A DNA stretch of 64,000 nt. Source: Bacillota bacterium (lineage in GTDB: Bacteria > Bacillota > Clostridia > Monoglobales > Firm-18). Under the pieces are notes generated by a model. The model did not search any database. It saw nothing but the letters and a program-made list of their open reading frames with translations, and had not been told where the DNA came from. The stretch lies in assembly GCA_022706765.1 (NCBI GenBank), contig JAKJBX010000001.1, positions 140,534 to 204,533 of the forward strand, written 5' to 3'. Both the position numbers and the translations under genes were made by a program. Below, in pieces: positions 9,551 through 20,264 of the stretch; position 1 is the first letter of the stretch, and each line of letters starts with the position of its first letter.

Positions 9551-10225
9551 GTGCCTGGAAAACCGCCTGAAATCGAAGGGCTTTTAAGACGACATATGAT
9601 CAAGGTGCCGGAGAGTATCTCGGCGGCAAGCGGGATCAGGATATTCGGCAGACTGCTCAAATCCCTGGTGTTCACAACCGATGTAGCGATCATCAAAAAC
9701 TGCAACGCCAATGCGGTGATTGCGGTCTATCCCTTTACGCCGCAGCCGGCGATCACCCACGCCATCATACAGGTGTCGGACATCCCCGTGTTCTGCGGGG
9801 TCGGCGGCGGCATCACGGGCGGCAAGCGCTCGATCAACCTGGCGCTCGACGCCGAAAACCAGGGTGCGATCGGCGTTGTTTTGAACGCCCCTGCGCCCAA
9901 CGAAACCATATCCGAAATGCGCGACAGGATCGACATACCGATCGTCGTGACCGTCGTTTCCGAAAAGACAGATTTTGTGCAGCGGCACCGGGCAGGCGTG
10001 TCGATATTCAATGTGTCGGGTGCGTCCCATACCATCGAGATCATCAGCCGTATCCGTGACGTGCTGCCCGAGGTGCCGATCATCGCCACGGGCGGACCGA
10101 CCGACGAAACCATCGCCAAAACCATCGAGGCGGGCGCGAACGCCATCACCTACACGCCGCCTCCCCCCGCCGAAATACTGAAAAAAATCATGCTGTCCTA
10201 CCGTAAAAGCGACGACATTATATAG
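9551..10225 (+). CDS. TIM-barrel-like protein of unknown function (phosphate-binding barrel signature)
   Basis: Contains GVGGGITGG and PIIATGGPTDETIAKTIEAGANAITY, which resemble the ThiE/NanE-type C-terminal phosphate-binding strands. AAGGAGG lies 8 nt before GTG 9551. The gene is tightly coupled to rex. Confidence 0.5.
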   Translation: MPGKPPEIEGLLRRHMIKVPESISAASGIRIFGRLLKSLVFTTDVAIIKNCNANAVIAVYPFTPQPAITHAIIQVSDIPVFCGVGGGITGGKRSINLALDAENQGAIGVVLNAPAPNETISEMRDRIDIPIVVTVVSEKTDFVQRHRAGVSIFNVSGASHTIEIISRIRDVLPEVPIIATGGPTDETIAKTIEAGANAITYTPPPPAEILKKIMLSYRKSDDII

Positions 10226-10272
10226 CACATTAGCTTGCAATAGACGGGCTTTTGTGGTAGAATAGGCTTTAA

Positions 10273-13014
10273 TTGGAGTGGATTATATTGAGAAAATTCT
10301 TAGAAAAGGTTTTAGGCTCGTACAGCGACCGCGAGCTAAAACGTGTCTTTCCGATTGCGGATAAAATCGAGGCGTTGGAATCCGAAACCAAGCAGCTGAC
10401 GGACGCACAGCTCAAAGCAAAAACGGGTGAGTTCAAAAACCGCCTGTCGCAAGGTGAAACGGTGGACGACATACTGCCCGAGGCATTTGCCGTCGCACGT
10501 GAGGCATCCTGGCGTGTTTTGGGTATGCGGCATTTTTATGTCCAGCTCATTGGCGGCATCGTGCTGCATCAGGGCAGGATCGCCGAGATGAAAACCGGTG
10601 AGGGCAAGACGCTTGTCGCCACCTTGCCGGCATACCTCAACGCCCTGACGGGAAACGGCGTGCACATCGTTACGGTCAATGACTATCTGGCAAAGCGTGA
10701 CAGCGAGTGGATGGGCAAGCTTTACACGTTCCTCGGACTGTCGGTCGGTCTGATCGTGCACGGGCTGGATAACGACCAGCGCAGGGCAGCTTACCATGCG
10801 GACATCACCTACGGCACGAATAACGAGCTTGGCTTTGACTATCTGCGTGACAACATGGTCATCTATAAAGAGCAAAGGGTCCAAAGGGGACACACCTTTG
10901 CCATCGTCGACGAGGTGGACAGCATCCTGATCGACGAGGCGAGGACTCCGCTCATCATTTCAGGCATCGGCGACAAATCCACCATCCTCTATGAAACGGC
11001 GGACAAATTTGCCCGCACCTTAAAGCTTTTGCGTATCGTCGAGAGCAACGACAAGGAGCATGACGACAATGTCGAGGCAGACTACATTGTGGACGAAAAG
11101 GCACATACCGCCACGCTGACCGAGCGGGGCATCAAAAAAGCGGAGGCATTTTTCGGGCTTGAAAACCTTTCCGACCCTGAAAATCTCACCGTATCCCACC
11201 ACATCAACCAGGCGATCCGCGCGCACGGCATCATGCACAGGGACAAGGACTATGTCGTCAAGGACGGAGAGGTCATCATCGTCGACGAATTTACGGGGCG
11301 TCTGATGCTGGGCAGACGGTACAGCGACGGTCTGCATCAGGCGATCGAGGCGAAGGAAAAGGTCACAGTCGAGCGCGAGAGCAAAACACTGGCGACCATC
11401 ACCTTCCAGAACTATTTCAGGCTCTATAAAAAGCTGTCGGGCATGACGGGTACGGCGCAGACCGAGGAAGCGGAGTTTCAGGCGATCTACAAGCTGGACG
11501 TCATCGCCATCCCCACCAACAAGCCGATGACCCGCATGGACCTGTCCGACGCGGTGTATAAGAACGAAAAGGGTAAGTACGACGCGGTCATCAGCCAAAT
11601 TGTCCAGTGCCACCAAAAGGGTCAGCCCGTGCTGGTCGGCACGATCACCATCGAAAAATCCGAGGAGCTTTCCCATGCGCTCAAAAAGCAGGGGATCGCT
11701 CACGTTGTATTAAATGCCAAGTTCCACGAAAAAGAGGCGGAGATCATTGCCCAGGCGGGCAAAAAGGGCGCCGTCACTATCGCTACCAACATGGCGGGCA
11801 GAGGTACCGACATCATTCTCGGCGGCAATGTGGAGTATTTGGCAAAGCACGAGATGTCCAAAATGGACTTTTCTCCCGACCTCATCAGCGAAGCCACCAG
11901 CTTTGCGGACACTGAGGACGAGGAGATCCTCCGTGCACGCAGAACCTATAAGGAGCTCTACAACAAATTCAAACCCTCTGTCGACGCCGAGCATGAGGAG
12001 GTCATTGCGGCAGGCGGGCTGTTTATCATCGGTACGGAACGCCACGAAAGCAGGCGTATCGACAATCAGCTCAGGGGTCGAAGCGGACGTCAGGGCGACA
12101 TCGGTGCGTCCAAGTTTTTCATCTCGTTGCAGGACGATTTGATGCGGCTTTTCGGCTCCGACCGCTTAATGAATATGGTCGAAGCGCTCGGGCTGGAGGA
12201 CGACCAGCCGATTGAAGCCAAAATCCTGACCAACGCCATCGAAAACGCCCAGAAAAAGGTCGAGGGCAGGAATTTTGACATCCGAAAGCACGTCTTGCAG
12301 TATGACGATGTGATGAACCAGCAGCGTGAGCTGATCTATGCGCAGCGGGGCAAGGTGTTGGAGGGTGAGAACCTGCGCGGCAACATCCTGTCCATGATCG
12401 ACGGCGTTATCGAAAGGATTGTCGCCGAAACGGCGGGCGAGGCAAATTACGGCGAGGATTTCCACTGGGAAATCTGCTTTGCGCAGCTGCTTGAAAAGCT
12501 GGGGATCAACCTCAATATCGACGAGCAAAAGCGCCACGGCGTCACAAAAGACGAGCTTTTGGAATACCTCACCGATGCGGCGCACCAAGTGTATGAAAAA
12601 AAGGAGCAGGATTTCGGCGAGGAGTCCATGCGTGATCTGGAGCGTGTGATCATGCTCCAAATGGTCGACCAAAAGTGGATGGATCATATCGACGCAATGG
12701 ATCAGCTCCGCGCGGGCATCGGTCTGCGTGCGTATGCGCAGCGTGATCCGGTCATCGAGTTTAAATTTGAAGGTATGGATATGTTTGAAGAAATGATAAA
12801 CACCATCAAGGAGGACACCGTTAAGCATATCTTCCACGCACGCCTGAATACGGAGATCAAACGTGAGCAGGTCGCACAGCCGACCGGAGCGTCGCACGGC
12901 GGCGACGGTGAGCCGCAAAAGAAGCAGCCGGTCAAAAAAGGCGAAAAGGTTGGTAGGAACGACCCCTGCCCCTGCGGCAGCGGAAAAAAATACAAAAAAT
13001 GCTGCGGACAATAA
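10273..13014 (+). CDS. secA: preprotein translocase ATPase SecA
   Basis: Full-length SecA with DEAD-like motor motifs ([26 protein letters not shown]) and the C-terminal zinc finger [14 protein letters not shown]. The start is TTG 10273 or TTG 10288. Confidence 0.95.
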   Translation: MEWIILRKFLEKVLGSYSDRELKRVFPIADKIEALESETKQLTDAQLKAKTGEFKNRLSQGETVDDILPEAFAVAREASWRVLGMRHFYVQLIGGIVLHQGRIAEMKTGEGKTLVATLPAYLNALTGNGVHIVTVNDYLAKRDSEWMGKLYTFLGLSVGLIVHGLDNDQRRAAYHADITYGTNNELGFDYLRDNMVIYKEQRVQRGHTFAIVDEVDSILIDEARTPLIISGIGDKSTILYETADKFARTLKLLRIVESNDKEHDDNVEADYIVDEKAHTATLTERGIKKAEAFFGLENLSDPENLTVSHHINQAIRAHGIMHRDKDYVVKDGEVIIVDEFTGRLMLGRRYSDGLHQAIEAKEKVTVERESKTLATITFQNYFRLYKKLSGMTGTAQTEEAEFQAIYKLDVIAIPTNKPMTRMDLSDAVYKNEKGKYDAVISQIVQCHQKGQPVLVGTITIEKSEELSHALKKQGIAHVVLNAKFHEKEAEIIAQAGKKGAVTIATNMAGRGTDIILGGNVEYLAKHEMSKMDFSPDLISEATSFADTEDEEILRARRTYKELYNKFKPSVDAEHEEVIAAGGLFIIGTERHESRRIDNQLRGRSGRQGDIGASKFFISLQDDLMRLFGSDRLMNMVEALGLEDDQPIEAKILTNAIENAQKKVEGRNFDIRKHVLQYDDVMNQQRELIYAQRGKVLEGENLRGNILSMIDGVIERIVAETAGEANYGEDFHWEICFAQLLEKLGINLNIDEQKRHGVTKDELLEYLTDAAHQVYEKKEQDFGEESMRDLERVIMLQMVDQKWMDHIDAMDQLRAGIGLRAYAQRDPVIEFKFEGMDMFEEMINTIKEDTVKHIFHARLNTEIKREQVAQPTGASHGGDGEPQKKQPVKKGEKVGRNDPCPCGSGKKYKKCCGQ

Positions 13015-13036
13015 TCTTGATAAATACCATAAGGAT

Positions 13037-14168
13037 GTGATTTTGTTGCTGGAATTTGAAGAATACCGCTTGTCATTGGACGGGCTTGAAAAGGACATCA
13101 ATGAATTGAGGGATTCACTTTGACATCGCAGGGACGAACGCCCAGATAGCCGAGCTTGACGGGCAGACCACCGCCGCGGACTTTTATGCCGACATGGACA
13201 ATGCACAAAAAATCATGCAAAAGTCCAAGCAGTTAAAGGACAAGGTGGCACGCTTTGAGGCGCTCAGCAGGCACTGGGAGGACCTTGTTACACTGGTGTC
13301 GCTCGGTATTGAGATGGAGGACGTCAGCGTTTTGGACGAGGTGAAGCAGGGATACCAGAGCTTTACCCTTGCGCTTGAAAATATGCGCCTTGAAACGCTG
13401 TTGTTTGGCACATATGATAAAAACAACGCCATCATGACGCTCCATTCGGGGGCGGGCGGCACCGAGGCGCAGGACTGGGTCGAAATGCTGCTGCGCATGT
13501 TCACACGCTGGGCGGAGCGCAGAGGCTTTAAGGTCGAAACGCTCGACCTGCTTGCGGGTGAGGAAGCAGGCGTCAAAAGCGCGACCATTTTGATTGAGGG
13601 ACTGAACGCCTACGGCTACGCAAAGTCCGAGATGGGCGTCCACAGGCTGGTGCGTATTTCCCCGTTTGACGCCTCGGGGCGCAGGCACACCTCCTTTGCG
13701 TCGGTCGAGGTCATGCCCGAAATCAATGACGACATCCAGATCGACATCAGTGCGGAGGATCTGCGTGTTGACACTTACCGTGCGAGCGGGGCGGGCGGGC
13801 AGCACGTCAACAAGACGGACAGCGCCATCCGGATAACCCACATCCCGACAGGGGTGGTCGTATCCTGCCAAAGCGAGCGCTCACAGCATAAAAACCGTGA
13901 CACCGCCATGAAGATGTTAAAGTCCAAGCTGATGCAGCTTGCCGAGCAGGAGCACAAGGATAAAATCGAGGACTTAAAAGGCGTGCAGAAGGATATTGCG
14001 TGGGGCAGCCAAATACGCTCGTATGTGTTCCACCCGTATAATTTGGTCAAGGATCACCGCACGGGCTTTGAAATGGGTAACATCGGCGCCGTTATGGACG
14101 GCGAGCTTGACGGCTTTATCAACGCCTACTTAAAGGCTGCGTCACTGGGGCAGCTGAACTTGAAATAA
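13037..14168 (+). CDS. prfB: peptide chain release factor 2, made via programmed +1 frameshift
   Basis: Frame 0 (GTG 13037 or TTG 13043/13046) encodes about 28 aa ending LRDSL and stops at TGA 13121-13123. The +1 frame from GAC 13122 continues into the 13194..14168 ORF. That ORF carries SPF (RISPFDASG) and GGQ (SGAGGQHVNKT). Confidence 0.9.
13108..13124 (+). promoter_or_regulatory. RF2 autoregulatory +1 frameshift site
   Basis: An SD-like GAGGGA (13108-13113) is followed by 4 nt and then CTT TGA C (13118-13124). This is the same architecture as the E. coli/B. subtilis prfB site. Confidence 0.85.
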
Positions 14169-14222
14169 AGGGCGGCGGCTAAGCGCCGACGCCCGTATTT
14201 GCGATACTTGGAGGAATCACTA

Positions 14223-15290
14223 TTGTTTGATAAACTGTCATTTTTGGAGCAGCGGTACGACGAGCTGTGCGGTGCGGTCAGCGACCCTGAGGTCATCGCC
14301 GACCAAAATAAATTCAGGCAGCTGTGCAAGGAGCAGTCCGACATCACGCCGATCGTCGAAAAATACCGTGAATACAAAGCGGCAAAGCAGGCGGTGGAGG
14401 AAGCGCGAGAGATGCTGGGTGAATCGCTTGACAAGGACTTTCGGGAACTGGTGCAGGCGGAGTTTGACGAGGGACGTGAAAAAATCGTCCTACTTGAAGA
14501 TGCGCTGCGTATCCTGCTGCTGCCCAAAGATCCCAACGACGACAAAAATGTCATCGTTGAGATTCGGGGCGGAGCGGGCGGCGACGAGGCGGCGCTTTTT
14601 GCCGCAAATCTTTTGCGCATGTATTCGATGTACGCCGAAACCAAGCGCTGGCGTGTCGAGGTCTTGAATATGAACGCCACCGAGCTGGGGGGCATCAAGG
14701 AAGTATCCTTTGAAATCAACGGTCAGGGCGCATACAGCAGGCTCAAATACGAGAGCGGCGTCCACCGTGTCCAAAGGATACCGTCCACCGAGAGCGGCGG
14801 GCGCATACATACCTCGACCGTGACGGTGGCGGTGCTGCCCGAGGTGGAGGAGGTCGAAGTCGACATTGCTGCCAACGACCTGCGCATCGACGTTTTCAGG
14901 GCGGGCGGTCCGGGTGGGCAGTGCGTCAACACCACCGACTCCGCCGTGCGCATCACCCATGTCCCGACGGGGCTTGTCGTGTCCTGTCAGGATGAAAAAT
15001 CCCAGCTGAAAAACAAGGACAAAGCGATGAAGATCCTGCGCTCACGCCTGTATGAGCTGATGCAGAGCAGGCAGAACGCCGAGATCGCCGAGCAGCGTAA
15101 AAGTCAGGTCGGCACGGGTGACAGGAGCGAGCGTATCCGAACCTATAACTATCCGCAGGGGCGTGTCAGCGACCACCGGATCGGGCTGACTATCCATAGG
15201 CTCGACGCCGTTTTGAACGGCGACCTGGACGAAATTATCGACGCGCTGAACACGCATTATCAGTCTGAGAAACTCAAAGGCGAACTATAA
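14223..15290 (+). CDS. prfA: peptide chain release factor 1
   Basis: Carries the RF1 motifs PST ([10 protein letters not shown]) and GGQ ([12 protein letters not shown]). GGAGG at 14210-14214 lies 8 nt before TTG 14223 ((M)[11 protein letters not shown]). Confidence 0.95.
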   Translation: MFDKLSFLEQRYDELCGAVSDPEVIADQNKFRQLCKEQSDITPIVEKYREYKAAKQAVEEAREMLGESLDKDFRELVQAEFDEGREKIVLLEDALRILLLPKDPNDDKNVIVEIRGGAGGDEAALFAANLLRMYSMYAETKRWRVEVLNMNATELGGIKEVSFEINGQGAYSRLKYESGVHRVQRIPSTESGGRIHTSTVTVAVLPEVEEVEVDIAANDLRIDVFRAGGPGGQCVNTTDSAVRITHVPTGLVVSCQDEKSQLKNKDKAMKILRSRLYELMQSRQNAEIAEQRKSQVGTGDRSERIRTYNYPQGRVSDHRIGLTIHRLDAVLNGDLDEIIDALNTHYQSEKLKGEL

Positions 15291-15429
15291 TCAAAAATTT
15301 TGTCGCATCCCGCACTTTTATGCGCCCTTGTGTACCCGGTTACACGGGGACACCTAAAACATGCGATTCGCACACAAAATTTTTGATCACCATAGCATGA
15401 TTCTTTGTACGATACACCGAGGAATGTAT

Positions 15430-16428
15430 ATGAACACACAGATTTTGACAACCACAGATACCGACATAGCCCGTGCCGCAGCGTTGCTGAAAGGCGGCGG
15501 GCTTGTTGCGTTTCCGACCGAAACGGTTTATGGGATAGGGGCAAACGCGTTGGACGGGGATGCCGTGCAAAAAATCTTTGCGGCAAAGGGCAGACCGTCC
15601 GACAACCCGTTGATCGTCCACATTGCCGATGCGGCGCAGCTTGCGCCGCTCGTTCGTGAAATCCCCGAAAACGCCCAAAAGCTGATGGACGCCTTTTGGC
15701 CCGGACCGCTGACGATCGTGATGAAAAAAAGCAGTCTCATTCCTGAGTTCGTCAGTGCAGGGCTTGATACCGTGGGCATACGCATCCCCAAAAGCGAAAC
15801 GGCGCTTCGGCTGCTGCGTGCGTGCGCCATGCCGGTCGCCGCTCCCAGCGCCAACACCTCGGGCAAGCCAAGCCCCACCAATGCAAAGCGTGTGTCGGAC
15901 GACCTCTCGGGCAGGATCGACGCCATTATTGACGGCGGAAGCTGCGACGTCGGGGTGGAATCCACCGTGATCGATTGCAGCACGGCGGTGCCGCATCTGC
16001 TGCGTCCCGGCGGCGTCACCTATGAACAGCTGACGGAGGTTTTGGGCACGGTCGTGCAAAGCTTCGGTGGACACAGCGAGGGGCAAACCCCAAAAAGCCC
16101 GGGCATGAAGTATAAGCATTATGCGCCAAGCGCACAGGTCGTCGTCGTGACGGATGATTTTGAAGGATACGTTTTGAAAAACGCGCCCAAATATCAAAAG
16201 GCCGGCGTGATCACAAGGTCGTTAGGAGCCTTTCCCGTCAACTGCGAGGTCAGGCTTTTCGGCAGCTCGCCCAAGGAATACGCCGCCAATCTGTTTGAGC
16301 ACCTGCGCAGCCTTGACGATGCGGGTGCAGAGATCATCTTTGCCGAGGACATCGACTGTAAAGGTCTAAACCTTGCCACCCGCAACCGCCTGCACAGGGC
16401 GGCGGGTCTGAATAGCGTAAAGGAGTAA
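15430..16428 (+). CDS. tsaC: L-threonylcarbamoyladenylate synthase (Sua5/YwlC type, TsaC2)
   Basis: Contains a YrdC domain (VAFPTETVYGIGANAL, KGRPSDNPLIVH) plus the Sua5 C-terminal domain. GAGGA lies 6 nt before ATG 15430. Confidence 0.9.
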   Translation: MNTQILTTTDTDIARAAALLKGGGLVAFPTETVYGIGANALDGDAVQKIFAAKGRPSDNPLIVHIADAAQLAPLVREIPENAQKLMDAFWPGPLTIVMKKSSLIPEFVSAGLDTVGIRIPKSETALRLLRACAMPVAAPSANTSGKPSPTNAKRVSDDLSGRIDAIIDGGSCDVGVESTVIDCSTAVPHLLRPGGVTYEQLTEVLGTVVQSFGGHSEGQTPKSPGMKYKHYAPSAQVVVVTDDFEGYVLKNAPKYQKAGVITRSLGAFPVNCEVRLFGSSPKEYAANLFEHLRSLDDAGAEIIFAEDIDCKGLNLATRNRLHRAAGLNSVKE

Positions 16429-16433
16429 GACAT

Positions 16434-16868
16434 ATGAACATCCTGCTGGTCTGCACAGGAAACACCTGCCGAAGCCCGATGGCGGAGGGTATATTAAAAC
16501 AGTTGCTGCCAAACCACGGCATATCCTCTGCGGGGCTGATGACGTCTGACGGGTTGCCGGCTTCGGCAAATGCCATCGAGGCATCGGTGCAGGCGGGCGT
16601 CGACATCGCCGGACACAAATCCCGCCGGATCACCCCTGCCCTCATCGAACACAGCGACCTCATCCTGTGCATGACGGCTGCGCACAAGGCTGCGCTGTCT
16701 GATGTAAAGGAAAAATACTTTACACTCGGTGAATATGCGGGTACGTCGGAGGAGGTTCCCGACCCCTACGGCAGCACGCTTGATGACTATATCGCTTGTT
16801 TTAACCGGCTTGACGGGCTGCTCAAAAAAATTGCGGAGCGGATAGAACATGAAGATTATACCCTTTGA
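16434..16868 (+). CDS. low-molecular-weight protein arginine/tyrosine phosphatase (YwlE-like)
   Basis: The P-loop is VCTGNTCRSPMAEG (CX5R) and there is a C-terminal DPYG motif. Confidence 0.85.
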   Translation: MNILLVCTGNTCRSPMAEGILKQLLPNHGISSAGLMTSDGLPASANAIEASVQAGVDIAGHKSRRITPALIEHSDLILCMTAAHKAALSDVKEKYFTLGEYAGTSEEVPDPYGSTLDDYIACFNRLDGLLKKIAERIEHEDYTL

Positions 16869-17286
16869 CAACACCCATATCGAAGACATCGCCGCCTTGG
16901 AGCAGCAGTGCTTTGCCATCCCGTGGTCAAGGGATATGTTCTTGGAGGAGCTTGCAAACGATATGGCGGTGTACTTTGTGGCGCAAACAGACGGCGAGGT
17001 GGTCGGCTATGCCGGCATGTGGCATGTGTGCGGCGAGGGGCATATCACAAACATTGCGGTTTCACCGTCGCACCGCCGGAGCGGGATCGGCCGCCTGCTG
17101 CTCGGCAGGCTGATCGACTCAGCACGCATACAGGACATGCATGTGATGTTTTTGGAGGTGCGCGCGTCCAACGCCGCCGCCATCGCCTTATATGAAAATC
17201 ACGGCTTTATCAGGGCCGGTCTGCGCAAGGGCTACTATGCCGACAACGGCGAGGACGCGGTGCTGATGAGCCTGCCGCTCCGATGA
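16849..17286 (+). CDS. rimI: ribosomal-protein-alanine N-acetyltransferase (GNAT)
   Basis: GNAT motif A is RRSGIGRLLLGRLI. Size and position next to tsaD are typical of rimI. Confidence 0.8.
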   Translation: MKIIPFDNTHIEDIAALEQQCFAIPWSRDMFLEELANDMAVYFVAQTDGEVVGYAGMWHVCGEGHITNIAVSPSHRRSGIGRLLLGRLIDSARIQDMHVMFLEVRASNAAAIALYENHGFIRAGLRKGYYADNGEDAVLMSLPLR

Positions 17287-17311
17287 CGGCTTGAAAGGAA
17301 TGAATACCGAT

Positions 17312-18325
17312 ATGACACATATACTTGCAATAGAGTCGTCCTGTGACGAAACAGCGGCTGCGGTTGTCGCCTGCGGCGGCGGTTTCGACGTCAAATCCAA
17401 TGTCATCGCCTCGCAGATCGATCTGCACAGGCGATACGGCGGCGTGGTGCCCGAGATCGCCTCACGTATGCACATTGAGGCGGTGACGGGCGTGACGGAG
17501 CAGGCATTGAAAGAGGCGTGCCTGACGTTTGATGGCATCGACGCGGTTGCGGTCACCTACGCGCCGGGTTTGGTCGGCGCGCTGTTGGTGGGCGTCGGCT
17601 ATGCCAAGTCGCTCGCCTTTGCGCTCAAAAAGCCGCTGCTGGCGGTGCACCACATCGAGGCGCACATTGCGGCGAACTATATCGCATCACCCGAATTAAA
17701 GCCGCCCTTTGTCTGTCTTGTGGCGTCGGGCGGTCACGCAACCGTTGCGCTTGCCAGGGACTATGCGGAATATGACGTGCTGGCAGTCACACGCGATGAC
17801 GCGCCCGGTGAGGCGTTTGACAAAATCGCGCGGGTTTTGGGACTGGGTTACCCCGGCGGTCCTGCGGTGCAGGAGGCGGCGAAAAACGGGCGTACGGACG
17901 CTTTCGTCTTTCCGAGGGTATATTTTGACGGCGCAATGGATTTCAGCTTCAGCGGCGTTAAGACCGCCGTCATCAATACCATCCATAACTACGCGCAAAA
18001 GAATCTGCCGATACCGCTTCCGGACATTGCCGCATCCTTCCAGTATGCGGTTTGCGATGTGTTATCGGAGCGCCTGGTCGCCTGCGCTGTGCGTGCGGGC
18101 GTCAAAAGCATTGCCTTAGCGGGCGGCGTTGCGTCCAATCACCTGTTGCGTGAGCTGTCTCAGGTAAGGGCGAAGGAGGCAGGGCTGAATTTTTACTGTC
18201 CGCCCCCTGTTTTGTGCACCGATAATGCCGCTATGACGGCGGTCAGGGGTTACTTTGAGTTTGTGGCAAAAAAGTTTGCAAAAACCGACTTAAACGCAGT
18301 CGCCACACTGAGTATCAGCGTTTGA
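17312..18325 (+). CDS. tsaD: tRNA N6-adenosine threonylcarbamoyltransferase TsaD
   Basis: Contains ILAIESSCDETAAAV, HHIEAHI and GGVASN. The start is ATG 17312 (or 17300); the listed ORF begins at TTG 17291. Confidence 0.95.
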   Translation: MTHILAIESSCDETAAAVVACGGGFDVKSNVIASQIDLHRRYGGVVPEIASRMHIEAVTGVTEQALKEACLTFDGIDAVAVTYAPGLVGALLVGVGYAKSLAFALKKPLLAVHHIEAHIAANYIASPELKPPFVCLVASGGHATVALARDYAEYDVLAVTRDDAPGEAFDKIARVLGLGYPGGPAVQEAAKNGRTDAFVFPRVYFDGAMDFSFSGVKTAVINTIHNYAQKNLPIPLPDIAASFQYAVCDVLSERLVACAVRAGVKSIALAGGVASNHLLRELSQVRAKEAGLNFYCPPPVLCTDNAAMTAVRGYFEFVAKKFAKTDLNAVATLSISV

Positions 18326-18419
18326 AAATGACATGGATTTTGCACTGAAAATGCGTTATGTCAACCTTAAATACTGAATTAGGATTTTATTCCAACCCCG
18401 CAAACCGCATTGTGATTTT

Positions 18420-18492
18420 TGTGGATAAATCGTGAACTTCAACGGTGGTATGCTTGTCTGCCTGTGGATAACTTTGTGGAAGATGTGGAATA
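18420..18492 (+). promoter_or_regulatory. cluster of DnaA-box-like 9-mers
   Basis: TGTGGATAA (the reverse complement of TTATCCACA) occurs perfectly at 18420-18428 and 18463-18471. There are 7/9 matches at 18475-18483 (TGTGGAAGA) and 18484-18492 (TGTGGAATA). All four are in the same orientation. Confidence 0.6.
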
Positions 18493-18578
18493 GTCTTGAA
18501 TTTGTCGCAATATGTTACAGAATTATGTCAAGCAATATGCATAAAAATGTCATTTATTGAAGAAGGGGAGTCGGAACT

Positions 18579-20252
18579 TTGGGTCAGCAAAAAAGACAAA
18601 CATTTCTCCATGGCGCCTTTATTCTGGTTGTCGGCAGCATCATGGTAAAGCTGATAGGCGCAGGGTTTAAAATACCGCTTGCCAATCTGATCGACAAGGA
18701 GGGCATGGGATATTTCAGCACGGCATATACGCTGTATGCTTTTTTTGTGCTGACCGCAAAAGGGCTCTCGGTCGCCGTATCAAAAATGGTCAGCGAAAGT
18801 GCGTCACTTGGCAGAAGCCGTGAGTCGGACAGGATTTTTTATGTGGCGTCTGCGATTTTAGGAATGGTTGGCATAAGCGGGACGGCGGTTTTGTATTTCG
18901 GCGCAGCCGGGTTTTCGGGTGCATTTGGCAACCCGATGGCTGAGTTGTGTATAAAATCCATATCGCCTGCGGTACTCTTTGTTGCGTTGCTTTCGGCATT
19001 CAGAGGTTATTTTCAAGGCAAGCAGAACATGTATCCTACCGCAATATCTGAGGTAATCGAAGCGCTCGGCAAGCTGGTTGTGGGCATATTGCTTGCGCTT
19101 TTATACATCAAGGTCAGTATTGTATATGCTGCCGCCGGTGCGGTGCTGGGGGTGTCGATCGGTACGTTCGCCGCATTTTTGCTTGTGGCTGCATTTTTTA
19201 TTGTCCATAAGCGGCGCAGTCTGTCAGCGGTCGGCGGGCATATCCGAAGTATCCGCAGCATAGCCAGGGAGCTTGTCGTCATTGCCTTTCCCATTACGAT
19301 CGGGGCGTCCATATCGAGCCTGACCGGTGTTGTCGATATGGTGACGATCATCAACCGGTTAAAGCTGATCGTGCATGTGTCGCCGCAGTTTATACAAAAG
19401 TTTGGTGCGATGATAGATTCTGCAAAATTCACAGGCGGTATCTATGAGGAGCTTGCAAATGCGCTTTACGGGCTTTACACGGGGTATGCCATCACCCTCT
19501 TTAACCTGCCGCTGACGTTAATCGTAGCGCTGTCCATCAGCGTGCTGCCGGCGATTTCGGCTGCGCTTGCCCGCCGGGATGAGCGGTCGGCGCAAAAGCT
19601 GATACAAAGTGTTTTGCGGATTACGATGATGTTTGCGCTGCCGTGCGCAGCAGGGCTTTATGCTTTGTCCGCGCCGATACTGAAAATGCTCTATAACGAT
19701 GCGCTCGCCGATACGCTGCTGCAAATCACGGCGTTTTCGGTGGTCTTTGTCAGCTTCGTCCAGGTGACGAGCGCTGTTTTGCAAGCCTACGGCAAGATGC
19801 ACATCCCGCTGATCAATATGCTGATCGGCTGCGCCGTCAAAATCGTGCTCAACTTTCTGTTGATCGGTATGCCGTCGGTGCATATCAACGGCGCGCCGAT
19901 CGGAACCGCTGCGTGTTATCTGATCATTTCCGTTTTGAATTTGATATGCATCATAAGAATTACGGGCTTTAAGCCGAGCGTTTCGGAGCTGCTCATCAAG
20001 CCGCTGATTGCCTCCGCCGGTATGGCGGCGGTGTCCGTGCTTGTCCTCCATGCGGTCGGCGGCGTCGGATTTTTGAGCGGCAGGTTTGCCGTACTCGGCA
20101 GGATTGCCGTGCTGCCGGCGATTGCGGCGGGCGGCGCAGTTTACGTCCTGCTGATACTTTTGGTCGGCGCCGTCAAGGAGAGCGACCTTGCCATGCTGCC
20201 GATGGGCGCAAAAGCGGCAAAAATTTTAGGCAGGCTGCACCTGCTGAGATAG
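18579..20252 (+). CDS. MOP-superfamily flippase (YabM/SpoVB/MurJ-like polysaccharide or lipid II flippase)
   Basis: A 557-aa polytopic membrane protein. It occupies the position of B. subtilis yabM in the yabM-yabO-yabP-yabQ-divIC-yabR block. AAGGGGAG precedes TTG 18579. Confidence 0.8.
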   Translation: MGQQKRQTFLHGAFILVVGSIMVKLIGAGFKIPLANLIDKEGMGYFSTAYTLYAFFVLTAKGLSVAVSKMVSESASLGRSRESDRIFYVASAILGMVGISGTAVLYFGAAGFSGAFGNPMAELCIKSISPAVLFVALLSAFRGYFQGKQNMYPTAISEVIEALGKLVVGILLALLYIKVSIVYAAAGAVLGVSIGTFAAFLLVAAFFIVHKRRSLSAVGGHIRSIRSIARELVVIAFPITIGASISSLTGVVDMVTIINRLKLIVHVSPQFIQKFGAMIDSAKFTGGIYEELANALYGLYTGYAITLFNLPLTLIVALSISVLPAISAALARRDERSAQKLIQSVLRITMMFALPCAAGLYALSAPILKMLYNDALADTLLQITAFSVVFVSFVQVTSAVLQAYGKMHIPLINMLIGCAVKIVLNFLLIGMPSVHINGAPIGTAACYLIISVLNLICIIRITGFKPSVSELLIKPLIASAGMAAVSVLVLHAVGGVGFLSGRFAVLGRIAVLPAIAAGGAVYVLLILLVGAVKESDLAMLPMGAKAAKILGRLHLLR

Positions 20253-20264
20253 AGAGGAAACCTT

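Noticed and set aside
15330-15372. I considered a possible preQ1-type riboswitch (CCC...CTAAAAC) in the prfA-tsaC spacer.
   Set aside because: The match covers only a few nucleotides, the P1 geometry does not fit, and the downstream gene (tsaC) is unrelated to queuosine metabolism.
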